In this document: in pieces, positions 26,529 through 38,107 of the stretch
Position numbering within the stretch: the first letter of the stretch is position 1
Layout of the letters: every line of letters starts with the position of its first letter
DNA from: Picochlorum sp. SENEW3
Taxonomy: Eukaryota
DNA length: 64,000 nucleotides
NCBI GenBank assembly: GCA_034226945.1
Contig: CP120453.1
Location: 310,001-374,000 of the forward strand
Direction of reading: 5' to 3'
Program-made: the position numbers and the translations under genes
The notes under the pieces: model-generated
The model's input: only the letters and a program-made list of their open reading frames with translations
What the model was told of the DNA's origin: nothing
The model's database searches: none

Positions 26529-27672
26529 ATGGCAACGTCGTTGTATGATAGCGTCATTTACGCTATCGTGAGGCTCTCTCTGTGGGGTTTTGTAACGACC
26601 GTAGCGTGTCTGGATGGAATCAAGAATCGTCACACGCGTTCTAAAGGGTGGCAGTTGTACTTTATTTTGATTGGAGATGCATGTTTATTTGTAATAAGGA
26701 ATTGCTTTTTACTCGGGGTGGCCATCGTGGGGACTGGGTCGACCGGGTTTTTGAGTAGGGCACTCCAGCTTTTGTACCTCTTGAGTTCAGATCTGGCTGA
26801 ATCTGCTTGGATATTCACCTTGTTGGCGATTTCGTCGGGCTTTTGGTGCGTTTTCGATGCTCAAAAAGAGTGCTTGCTCTTGTATCTGATGAGTACCAAT
26901 ATATATTCATCGTGTGTATATGTGCAGTGTCACGAGGGCTGATTTTGGGGAACACAAATCTGTATGCATCCTCATACCGTCCATATTTCTTCTCACAAGT
27001 ATCGTGGTTGATTTCGTCGTATACTTGAATGATCAGAGTACGATATTCCAGGTGCAAAAGCCGTATGATCAGGTACAGCCGGATCCAGATGAGTATGATC
27101 CAGATACAGATCCATTGGCAAACTTGGACCCAGACACTGGGCTCATTTTTGTATTTGCCACGCTGGTCAACACCATGGTGTTTTTCATGGCATGGTTTTA
27201 TATGTATGATACAGCCAAGATTGAATGGGAGTCTTTGAAAGAGGCTGCCTCGCCGGAAGGCGAGGCACGCCGCCAGGGAGGAGATGGTCCTCAGGGTGGC
27301 CCCACCCTGATGCCACATGAATACGAGGATGATATTCCAGTGTATTCGAGCGTTGGAACCCGTGATAGAGATTCATTAAAAACTATTGAGGAGTGCGTCT
27401 CAGATAGGGAAAAGCTGCTTATTATGAAGCGGTTTTTTGTGGGAGTATCAATCTATGTTGTCGCCAGTGTGCTCGTCTTCTTTTTACCAGTGTTTCTGCC
27501 GCATATTTGGGAGGCTGTCATACTCTCTCTGTACGATCTGATTCTCCTGGTATTCTTAGGATCGCTGCTGTATGTGTTTAGAATGAGGCAGAGTAATCAG
27601 TTTGTGTTGGTTCAAACGGATGAGAATGATGCCTTGGTGAGTGGGACAACCACCGAATTGGGTGTCTTGTGA
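26529..27672 (+). CDS. Multi-pass (about 7 TM) membrane protein, possibly GOST (TMEM87/GPR107)-like
   Basis: Intron 26846-26927 joins to give LLAISSGFCVTR. About seven hydrophobic helices; family assignment is inferred. Confidence 0.65.
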
Positions 27673-27840
27673 CATTGTCGATTGGCTCTTGAATCAATCC
27701 TGTATATAGATATTCGCCGTAGTATTTTTAATGTTAATAAAAACATAATCTGTGATACGTATCCATTGGATTGAATCGGTTGAAAGTAATTTGAAATTTC
27801 AAACGGCATCGACTGCGGTAAAAAACAAACTATTTCAGCC

Positions 27841-29107
27841 ATGGATACGCCATGTCACGATACATCCATGCTGGAAGAGAACCAAGAAAATGATTGTGAA
27901 CAGAATAATAGTACAAAGGAGGAAGAGGTTGGTGGGTTTCAGTTGAAGGCTGTTGTGAAGGACGGTGGTCAGGTTGGACCAGTTCTGTCAATTTCATATT
28001 GCCATTGTGAGACATCTCCAGCGTGTGATAATCTAGTAGCAGTGCTGGCATGTAATCATTTGACGGTGTATGATGACTTTCATTGGGGAGATCATGTTGC
28101 TATTGTGGCTCAGTATGTTGATGAGGGGGCGACAATGGTGTGCATGGCTTGGATTCCAGGAGATTTGGCGTCTGAGCGACATCGAATGAGTCCTCGTATT
28201 GCTGTTGCCAAGTCTGATGGTAGTGTGGAGATTGTGAGTATTATTGATTCAAAGGTTGTGTCGAGGATGGAGATTGGGGAGGATGTGGCAGAGATTGCAG
28301 CACCTGGGACATGGGGGACGAATGGTCAGGAGTTGTTGGCGGTTCGTTCGACACAAGGGCGGGTGGTCTTGTGGGATGGTAGCAGGAATGAATGTGTGGG
28401 TCGAGTGTGCGAGGATGCTAGTGCAGTGGCGTGGGCGAGGGATGGGGATGCATTATTTGTTGCTCGTCAGGATGGTTCTGTGCACATGTATAGCATGCCA
28501 TTGAAGGAGAGCTACCAAGTTCTTGGGTGCAGCGGGGACGAGATTGTGAAGAAAATTGTACGTGTACTTGTGTGTATGGTGTTGGTGTAGTGTCATGTTT
28601 CACATGGAATGGGATGGTCTGTGCAGGTTCCCGTGCAGAGTACTAGCAGTAATAATAACACATCCTTGGTGTTGTCGCGGGCAACGTGTTTTCAACTGTG
28701 GAATCTCGAGAGCGAATCGTATATTTCCGAGTGGATGTTGAAAGGGTACAAGGACCAGGCTGAGCGGCCATGTGGTGTAAACGACACGCATGCAATTTTG
28801 GTACGTGTGTGTGTGTGTCTCTTCTCTCTCTGTGGTGATTCTTCTTGGTCTCGTGTCATGTGTCGTTCCATAGAATGTCGCATCAATGACGTGCTATATA
28901 TATTCATACTATCATTATGATCTGGTATAGGGTACTGATGATGGGGATGGACACGTGTTTACGTTGGAGGATGGTGCAGAAATGTGTGCCTTGTCTGTAG
29001 TGAGAGTTACATCTGAAATCGAAGCTGCTGCCATCTCCTCAAATAGCAGGCATCTTGTTCTCGCAGCTGGAAATGGATTTCTGTTTCGATTTTTACACAA
29101 GAAGTAG
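27841..29107 (+). CDS. WD40-repeat protein, divergent EED/FIE- or LRWD1-like
   Basis: Introns 28558-28626 and 28801-28930. The last exon (GTDDG...AAISSNSRHLVLAAGNGFLFRF) is missing from the ORF track. Blade-like segments NLVAVLACNHLTVYD, CMAW, VVLWD and AVAWARDGDALF. Confidence 0.75.
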
Positions 29108-29147
29108 TTATAATGAATTATGACACGATATACTGTACACATGATGG

Positions 29148-31264
29148 CTACCAATTATTTTGAAGATAGTCTGCCAACACATCTGTTGAATCCCTTTGTT
29201 GTTGTTGCTGCTGCTGCTGCTGCTGCCGATTCGGCCTGCGTCGGAGTCGTGGCTGTGGCTGCGCGCCTCTCGATGCTTTCTCAAGTTCCTCCAAAACAAT
29301 CGTTGCCCTACCCCTGATGTCTAAACAGGGATCCGTATCCAAGGATTCCAGTCTATGGACAACATCCAAATCTTTCAGGACCCGCAAGTGCTGTGGCGAC
29401 GTGACCAAATTCTGCAAGAGCCACATGGCTGATGCTCGAACTTCATCAGAGGTGCTATTGAGGAATGTAATTGCTGCTTTATGCCATCCACTGCGAATAA
29501 TAGCATCCTTGTCCACTTTTGTTCCACTGGCAACATTCACTGCAATGTATATGCATTGTATTTGAAAAGCTGTGGGGGATTCATCGCGTGTTCCTATATC
29601 AAGCGATCGATCTAGAATGAAATCTAAATCCCAGTGCTCTCGTAAAGGAGACGAGGCTGGACCGAAATTGTGAGACATGTTTCTGATCAAAATCAATGCA
29701 TGCTCCTACAGATGTATACACACATCAGTATACCCGCTGATTGCAAAGAAACACAACAACAAATTACGTACCAACATATCATAGGGCTGGATATCATCGA
29801 GAAGGTCCTTTACATCATCCTGTGTAATAGAGGATGAAATGAGTTGCTTGATGTCCCTGGTACTGACATACGCAAGAGATGCAATACCAAGAAGACTCTT
29901 CGCTCTCACAGCCTCTGAAACATTCTTTGAACGATATACTTCCAGAAACACTGCCAAGATGCCATTCTTCATCAGCGTCTCGCGCAAGCTGTTCGGTTCA
30001 GAACACAGGTTGGCCAACACAGATACAGCATGCAGTTGAAGAGATCTCTCTTCGTGTAGCCTAGCAAATTCTAGCAAACGCACTATTGACTTTGATATTG
30101 TCGCGACATGCATTTTCAAACCCCGAACACTCCTCGACAGCATATGAAAGCATGCACATGCTGCCACCTGTACAGAACATGCTGGGGAATTCAAACTGTT
30201 GCATACAGCAGACAATATGTCCGATTCCAGGCATTGCCTCCTCGCCAGCTCGTTTGTATCACACAAATCAGCAATAAAGGAGAACACATCAATGACATGC
30301 CGATCGTTGTCCTCCTCCAAGTATGGTATCATTTTTGGCAAGATGTCCAACTCAATTATTGTCGAACCCAACTTTTCATCTGCAAGCGCGAGTTGACGCA
30401 TTGTACGCACAGCATCTACACACTTTTCATCTAACAACGATATTAAATCCATCAGCGTCGCAAGAATATATGGTTCTTGGTGCGCTGACATGGAATCCCT
30501 CGCGCTGTGTCTAAACAGAGCAACAATACAATTACACGCTGCCAGCCGAAGATCAACATCATTCGGTTGACGCGCTTTCATCCTCAACATCTTGATAATC
30601 TCTTCAGAATCCGAGGCTGGTGGAGAACTCCTCATATTGTTGATAATATGTAAATGCAGCCTCAGACTCTGCAACACAACATCTCTATTCTGTGACTCCA
30701 GTAAACACATGAACAGTGTCTGATCAAACATGGACGACACCGTGTTCACAAATTCTGTAGATTCCATGGCACACAACTGCAGCGTCTGCAACGTATTCAA
30801 CACCACAGACGGTGTTGTTGACTTCAACTGCCAACCCAGCGACCAAACCGCTTCCGGATTCGACGCCAAACAATCCCCTAAAAGCTTGGCATCATACTGC
30901 ATTGCACAACCTAGGTCACCTTTTGCTCATCATTCAAACCAGGAATCTCCTCCTCTCACACACATACCTTGGCAACCAGCTTGAGCGTCCACAAGAGCTG
31001 TTTCGCAACCGTCCCTTTTGGATCTCGCACGAGAATCCCGAGTAATACAGGCAATCCATGACACTTTAACAACTCCAAGATACCCTGGTCAATGCTACAA
31101 AGGCTCCCAATCGTCTGAGCCGCGGTAGACAATGTCTCCTCGTCTCTTTCCTTTTCTAAGACGAGAAGAACCTTTGCAACCACTCCTTCGCTAACGCATG
31201 CTTCTTTTCTACTCCTATTACATATTATTTGCCGCTTGATCCCTTTCAACTCGTCTAATTTCAT
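29148..31264 (-). CDS. ARMC8: Armadillo-repeat protein ARMC8/Gid5-like (CTLH/GID E3 ligase)
   Basis: Introns 30897-30967 and 29706-29771. Contains LKGIKRQIICNRSRK (compare ARMC8 IKNxVIGNxxxK), AACACFHMLSRSV and EHALILIRNM. Confidence 0.8.
29197..29226. repeat. (CAG/CAA)n poly-Gln tract in the ARMC8 C-terminus
   Basis: TGTTGTTGTTGCTGCTGCTG... on the + strand. Confidence 0.9.
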
Positions 31265-31349
31265 CGTTTTGACGCTCAAAGACAAATTAAGACCAACTGG
31301 TACAAATTCTTTACACGATATATCGTGCGTTTATACGCACATTTGTATT

Positions 31350-32445
31350 TTATGCTTGAACTAAATTATCATCAATTCCACTGAGCACGTCGGAGAAGAC
31401 GTTGGTGATTGAGAACTGATAGGCACTTGTTAATTGATAGGAAGACTGCAATGGCTGTCCTGACTTGCTATTCCCTTGGAATGCTGCTATGAAACTGGTG
31501 GTGCAGTTGACCGAGTCGCATGGGAATGGATCTGCGCATGATTCTTGACTATAGGTTCTATAGGATGTGGGGAGGGAGTATTCAATGCAGGTGTCGTTTG
31601 ATCCACAGTTTGCACATCCATCAAACATGAACCACTGGAGCCCTCCTGGGACGAGGATTCCCTTATCTGCATGGACACACGTGTAGATGTATATATGTGA
31701 AGATGAGTGGCACTGCTTTGCGTGAGTTTGATCACACGTACGAAACAACATACCTAATCCAATTGTCAAGCCAATTCGTTTCACAATGCCGGAGCCTTTT
31801 GTGAGTTCTGGGCTCTTGCTGGATATAAACATGGGAGGAGATGAGATGTTGCCCCTGAATGCAGTGACGGTGAGTACTGAAGAACCCTGCGCTGCATCTA
31901 ATAATTTTCGTTGTTCACTTGCAGGGATACTAAACGAGGCCATAATGTCAGTCTCTGCAGTAAATGAGGCAAAGACGACATTGTTATCTGACAGAATTTT
32001 GTTGTAGTCTCCTACTTTCCCTGATGTAAAGGCTGCAATATTGTCCTGACTGAGCTCTGTGCTTTCGTTGAACCCAGTAGCATTATAAAACACTTCTCCC
32101 AAACATGGGTTCAACGTGGGTATTCCACGGGTGTCTCCCGGCAGAGTAAGATTCCTGCACAGCATATGTATACAACATTATGAGCATCATTATCGATGGA
32201 AGAAGAAGAAGAGCAAGAAAAAGGAGAAGAAGAAAAAAAGACCGGACGACGCACCAGTCTTCCCAGACACCCCCTGGCCAATACGCAAATCCTATGACAT
32301 AGTCGTCCCCTTGATTCACTGGAAGCTGGTCATATGGAGTACATGGATCAAATTTTACATTTGGTGATGCGACCGTTTGACTGAAAACGACAGGGACGGC
32401 TTGCACCAACAACAACCCCACGACGAGTCCAACGACGCACGTCAT
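31350..32445 (-). CDS. Secreted Cys-rich protein of the plant Expp1-like family
   Basis: Introns 32155-32254 and 31667-31753. Has a signal peptide and FDPC..GDDYVIGFAY, LNPC, DKG..LQW..DGCANC, AFQGNSK..LQS..QFSI, which parallel plant Expp1 motifs as recalled. Confidence 0.75.
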
Positions 32446-33098
32446 GGCGATGTGAATAGGCCCACAGAATGATTTGAATAGAGTAAAGATGTACTCTTTT
32501 TTTAAAATACAATTCTTGCAGTGCGCTAGAGGGGATATATGCACGTGGACATGCAACACGCGTTTAGATCATCATCTCTCCCTACTAGGGAGTAGTCCAT
32601 GGCCATGGTCATGGAATGGCAGCAGCATCTCGATGACCGAGATGCTGTATTCTCCCACATCAGGAGTTGACCTGGTATGATTTCATGCTGCCTGTAATAT
32701 TCTTCAGGTAAAATGGTACGAGCATGGTACACAAAGGAGATATCTCCTGTGTGTCGTCAGCAGTCTCTGTGCTGTGTGTTTCAACATCACTCAGTAATAA
32801 TGTTTATTCATCGCGCAGCGTTCATGATGCGATGTCATTCTTGTATGCCTCTTTTCATCAAAGTAAGAATCGCTGCAGCTAGCTGCATACTATGGTACTA
32901 GTAGTAGTACTGGTCAATATTGACCCATTTTATGATGCACAATATTGGTGGAATTCAAACACATGCCATTCAGAGTAAGGATGTCTGCCGCCCTCTAGCA
33001 ATAGAAATTATCCATTAAATTTCTACTATACATTCAAATTAAGAAGTTTTATACGAATAGCGTTGCTATGGAGCTGTTTTGATTTAAAAAACGTATGC

Positions 33099-34334
33099 AT
33101 GTCTAGCATTTACAACTTGGAGCCTCCTTCTGTGGGCAAGGTACTGTCTTTCAGGATCCCAATTCCTCTCTGATTTTATGTATATATTCTATGTATCAAT
33201 ATAAACATGGATGTGATGCCTGGTGCTGTGCAGGTGGTGCTCAAGACGAGCAAAGGGGATTTAGATATCGAATTTTGGCCCAAAGAAGCACCTCTGGCGG
33301 TGCGGAATTTCGTTCAACTCTGTATGGAAGGATACTATGATGGAACAGTGTTCAATCGAGTTGTCCGGAATTTTCTGATACAAGGAGGCGACCCTACAGG
33401 GACTGGGAAGGGGGGTGAGTCAATTTATGGTAGACCTTTCAAAGACGAGTTTCACTCGAGGTTGAAGTTTAGTCACAGGGGTATTCTAGCGTGTGTGAAT
33501 GAGAATAGACCTAATTCGAATGGGTCGCAGTTTTTCATCACTTTGGATAGGGCGGAGCATCTGAACAAGACGGCAACTATATTTGGCAAAGTAGTGGGAG
33601 ATACGATACATAATTTGTCACGGTTTAATGATATTGATACGAATGAGGATGATAGGCCAGAGGATCCTGTGTATATTGAGAAGGCTATTCTGTTGACAGC
33701 TCCGATGGAAGGGATTCGTCCACGGGCTGTGAAGAAGACTGTTGTGAAGCAGGATGCTGTTGTGGCAGTGGCCAAGGCGAGTCGAAAGACCAAGAATGTG
33801 TCATTGATATCATTTGATGAAGACGAATTTGTGGACGATATTGCTGTTCCGATTAAAAAAACGAAAGTCGAGCCAGTGGAGCAGGAAAAGCAGGCGGTTG
33901 TGGAAGAGGAACAAGAAGAAGAGTTGGTCGATTATGAGGAGGAGGAAGATCATCATCATCACCAAGATGGCATGGCGGTTGCAGGTAACAACAACCAAGA
34001 AGAACAAGAAGAAGAAGAGGAAAAAGGATTGAAAACTGACCGAGCTGCAGCAGCACCTGATGATGATGATGGCAAAGAAGACAAGGCGAGAACAAAACAA
34101 AACCGGGTACCTGGAATATCACGAATAGACCAACATAGGCAAAAGTATATAGCTACCGCGCGAGGTCAGAAGCACAAGTATGGAAATAAGAAGAAGAGAG
34201 AAAATAGTGTGCTTGATAGAATCAAACATTTCGCAGCCTCTCTTCACCAGACAGCTCCGGATGCAACAGACACGCAGCATGAGGATTCTTCAGAACGTGT
34301 CATCACGTCTCGATTAGATGATTTATTGCAATGA
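33099..34334 (+). CDS. CWC27: Spliceosomal cyclophilin CWC27/CYP57
   Basis: First exon MSSIYNLEPPSVGK (33099-33140), intron 33141-33233. Contains WPKEAPLAVRNFVQLC and FHSRLKFSHRG, Glu at the cyclosporin-binding Trp position (AEHL), and a long charged tail. Confidence 0.92.
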
Positions 34335-34385
34335 GTAATACATACATACAAATCAAAGATGCTCGAATTGGTATCAAAATATATA

Positions 34386-35449
34386 TTATGATTCGGAGGT
34401 CCATTCTTTCGGCCACCACTCTGGGACGTATGGTTCCACAACCACCCCACTCTCTGCAGTCTTTAGCGTCTGTCCCTGAGATGAAAACACACGGGCCATT
34501 CGAACATGCGCCAGCCCCACACCGTTCTCACACGCCCTCAACGTACCAACACTCTTTCCAGACGCTTCATCCTTTATATCCTCTCCCCTGTCCGGAGCGG
34601 TATCATCTGACTTGACAACACAAGGGACGAGTCTTTTTCTAATCTGCCCAGTATAATGCGTCCGAGCCATCAATTCTTGCCCAATATAACACCCTTTCTC
34701 GAAACTAATCCCATTCAATGCATCTATATTATATTCTAACGGAACAGATCCTTCAGGAATCTCATCCGGTCCTTCAGCAATACCCTGTTTGATTCTATGC
34801 ACTGTATACTCTGACACAGGAGCACGCTCTAGAGGTTGGAAATCCCGCGTAAAGACGCCTCGCCTCCCCAGCGCTTTCAATCGTGGATCCTCTTCAAAAA
34901 GAATACACGGAGTCTCATGCCCAGAATCCTCAACATCCACCAAAGAAGAAGAAGAAGAAGACGAGGGCAATCCAGCCCAAACCCCCATCTCTGAAGAGAC
35001 ATCATCAATATGCACCCCTTTACGCAACGAGTACATCTTCATCGTCTTCACAAGCCTCTCCTTCTCTTTCGATGACACATCTATAATCACATGATCCGCA
35101 TCCTTGGGACGATATACCAACAGATCGTACACAAACCGTCCCTTTGAACTCAGCATGTGACAGTACATGGACTGGTCCTTTCCCCTCTGATTGGACAATA
35201 CAGCGGTATCGTTCGTCACCAAATTCTATATAATAACCATATTTGTCATCGGTATTTGTCATGTATTGCATCAGATAATCACGAATAAGCACGCACTTGT
35301 AAGAATTCAGCCACATCTCGTCCAGACACAGAAACTGCCTCTCTGATATTATCCAAACACACCATGGATGCGCATTTTGATGAATAATATCTCTTGGAAA
35401 GGGCATTCCAGCCAACAATGCGCATCAGCCCAGCAATGGTTGGAGACAT
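34386..35449 (-). CDS. IBA57: Mitochondrial Fe-S assembly factor IBA57/CAF17 (YgfZ family)
   Basis: Intron 35226-35296. Contains GRDVAEFLQNLVTND and the signature KGCYIGQELMART. Confidence 0.93.
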
Positions 35450-35626
35450 TTCTACTGCAAAATCGGTGTAAAATATAAATTATATACGACGCGTCAATCA
35501 TCCATTGACAAGACACTTTGTAATATCAGTAAAAAAGTAGTATTATTACACTCAGTGTAATGCTTCATGGATATATATTCGATCATCATTCTTCTTCATC
35601 CAGATGTATGAAGGGATGCAAAATTC

Positions 35627-36454
35627 TTAAATGGCAGCTGCATAACGCTCGGCAACCTTGTCCCAGTTGATCAAATCGAAGAAGGATCCGATATAGTCTG
35701 GACGACGGTTCTGCACATCCAAGTAGTAGGCGTGCTCCCAGACGTCCATGGTCAAAATTGGTGTCTTTCCATGGACCCATGGGTTCTCAGCATTTGGTGT
35801 CTTGGACACCTCCAACTTTCCATCGGATCCCACAGACAACCATGCCCATCCAGATCCAAACTGAGTAGCTCCAGCAGCCTTGAAAGCATCCTTGAAAGCA
35901 TCGAAAGATCCGAAATCGCGGTCAATGGCAGCAGCCAAGTCCCCAGCTGGAGCACCTCCCTTGTTTGGTCCCATGGACTCCCAGAAGAAGGTGTGGTTCA
36001 CAACCTGGGCGGCATTGTTGAACTCTGGAGTTGGGTTTCCATTGTTCCATGTCTTCATCATCACCTCCTCGATGGTCATCTTCTCCAGATCAGTTCCAGC
36101 AATCTGCCCATTGAGATTGTTGACGTAGGCAGCATGATGCTTTCCATAGTGGAATTCAAAGGTCTGCTTGGACATTGTTGGCTCGAGAGCATCCTGCATG
36201 ATACGATGTATGCATTATTCCTGGGGTATGTATCCACACGTGGGTCATCGAGGCGTACCATCTCGAAAGGAAGTGGTGGCAATGTGAATGCAGCACTCAC
36301 GCGGACAGACATCTGCATGAATTATGATTGTCAGATCATGATGAAGGATATATATAGTGAAGAGATCAGATCGTACCTGACGACGGCACTGTCTGGCCTT
36401 GGACACGAGTGGCTGAGACACGATCGCTCTGCTTTGTGTGATTGCTGCGGACAT
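35627..36454 (-). CDS. FSD1: Iron superoxide dismutase, plastid
   Basis: Introns 36313-36376 and 36194-36258. Contains [15 protein letters not shown] (Fe-type), TQFGSGWAW and DVWEHAYY, plus a transit peptide. Confidence 0.95.
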
Positions 36455-38107
36455 ATTGGCGTTAGAGAGTGGATAGTATCAACTTGTATCAAATAATGTG
36501 CTTCAATGTGACACCGATCGGGGCGATGCTGCAAGTGTTCTAGAAACCTTCCATCCTTGGCCAAAGATGAGAGACTCGCATGTTTACCCTTCGATGGACT
36601 GGTTGGACCGGATAAAGCATGTGAATTCAATGCTCGGAAGGAAATCTCCGTTCAAGCAAAGGCATCGATGGGTAAAGATTGTCGAGCATTTATAGCGATG
36701 AATCGTCCGATTCTGTGCCGTCAGCAGACAATGTATCCACTCCATCTGAGACTCGCAGAGTCTCGCACTCTGATATAAAACATGTTGGTGGTGTCATGGG
36801 TTTGATGATAAACACGTGTTGACGGCATCAATTCAATGCTCGAAACCCAATACACGGTATCATGTGCCAATTTTTTTTTCTTTCGAGGGCAATGGTGAGG
36901 CGAGGATGCCTTTTAGGTCTTCTTTCATACACATCCATGAATATACTGTTGGGTGATTGATGAGGCATACAGGAAAATCGACCCTGGCAGCGCTCTGGTT
37001 TCCTTTGTTGTTGCACTCTGCACCTTCTTCTTCTCCAGAAGCATGTATGTATGCTTGCAGTGAAAATTGAGGAATTGTCCACGCCAATGTTTGTAGACGA
37101 GGACGAATCCATACTCCATGGAAGAGTACAAATGACTAGGGTCGTATGTTTGTCCATGGATATGGTATCAGCACTGGCAGCTCTGATCTGACTGAAACCA
37201 TTTTGACGCCACGATAGATGATGCGCGATATGACGAGAGCCGTGTCGATCTAGAACAACAGAAAACCTTGACCCGCTCTCTATACCGCTGTGAAGATCAT
37301 GTCTACATTGATATGATGTCTATAGATGATGCAGATGTGCATGTTGTACAGTACCAAGGAGGAAAATGATGAGATGACTTTTACGTCTGTCGACGTTTGG
37401 GCGGGCGTCACTTTTGATTGAAATGTATTGGTTATTGTAGTATAATGCGATATGCTGTTGCCATGTAATGAATTATGTAGGAATCTTGTGTACTTTCTAG
37501 TGTACACTAGGAATATTGTAGTGTACTTCAGATCCTTGGATGGATCAAACAAAATCTCGGACAGACCGACGACGGCACCTTCTCGGTATCTGCCTACCTG
37601 ATTTCATTCACAACGTCAAAGGCGGGCGGCACCTTAGCATGATCTCTATTGTTTTTATATATCTTCTTTTGTATATATAGATAGCATTATTCGTTTTGTG
37701 TTTACTGTTGTGGTTGTAAGAGGTTTCCAGCGGTCTAATTGCGACAAGTACGTTGTATGTGGTTGGCGCACTGAATCTTCCATGGCCTTCAAAGATGGAT
37801 GCGGAATTGTATTATTTATGTATCTTTGTGATGAAATTCGGTGTACGACGACGTTTATCTCGGTGGAATCCTTCATTGGGGGGGTCGAGACCAAGAGGCG
37901 AGAAACAGGACAGTCGTGGGATGACGCTCATCATGTGATGCCATGTGCAGGGAAAGGCATTCTAATTGATTTATATATCTATAGCTTGAATATTAAGGTC
38001 AAGTGCAGGGTGAGGACGAGTGACTCAAGCCAGAAGAACGGCAAGAACACGACAGACTCAAAACGAACACCATACCAAGACCAAGACGCAGGTTGTGATA
38101 CATCTGA

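Noticed and set aside
35732..36496. Long antisense or alternate-frame ORFs (for example 35732-36496+, 52516-53283+, 4707-5459+, 49435-50208-)
   Set aside because: They are shadows of well-supported genes on the opposite strand and have no recognisable motifs.
37362..37422. ATGATGA C-box with a GU-rich hairpin as a C/D snoRNA
   Set aside because: There is no canonical CTGA D-box at suitable distance and no rRNA-complementary guide that I could recognise.
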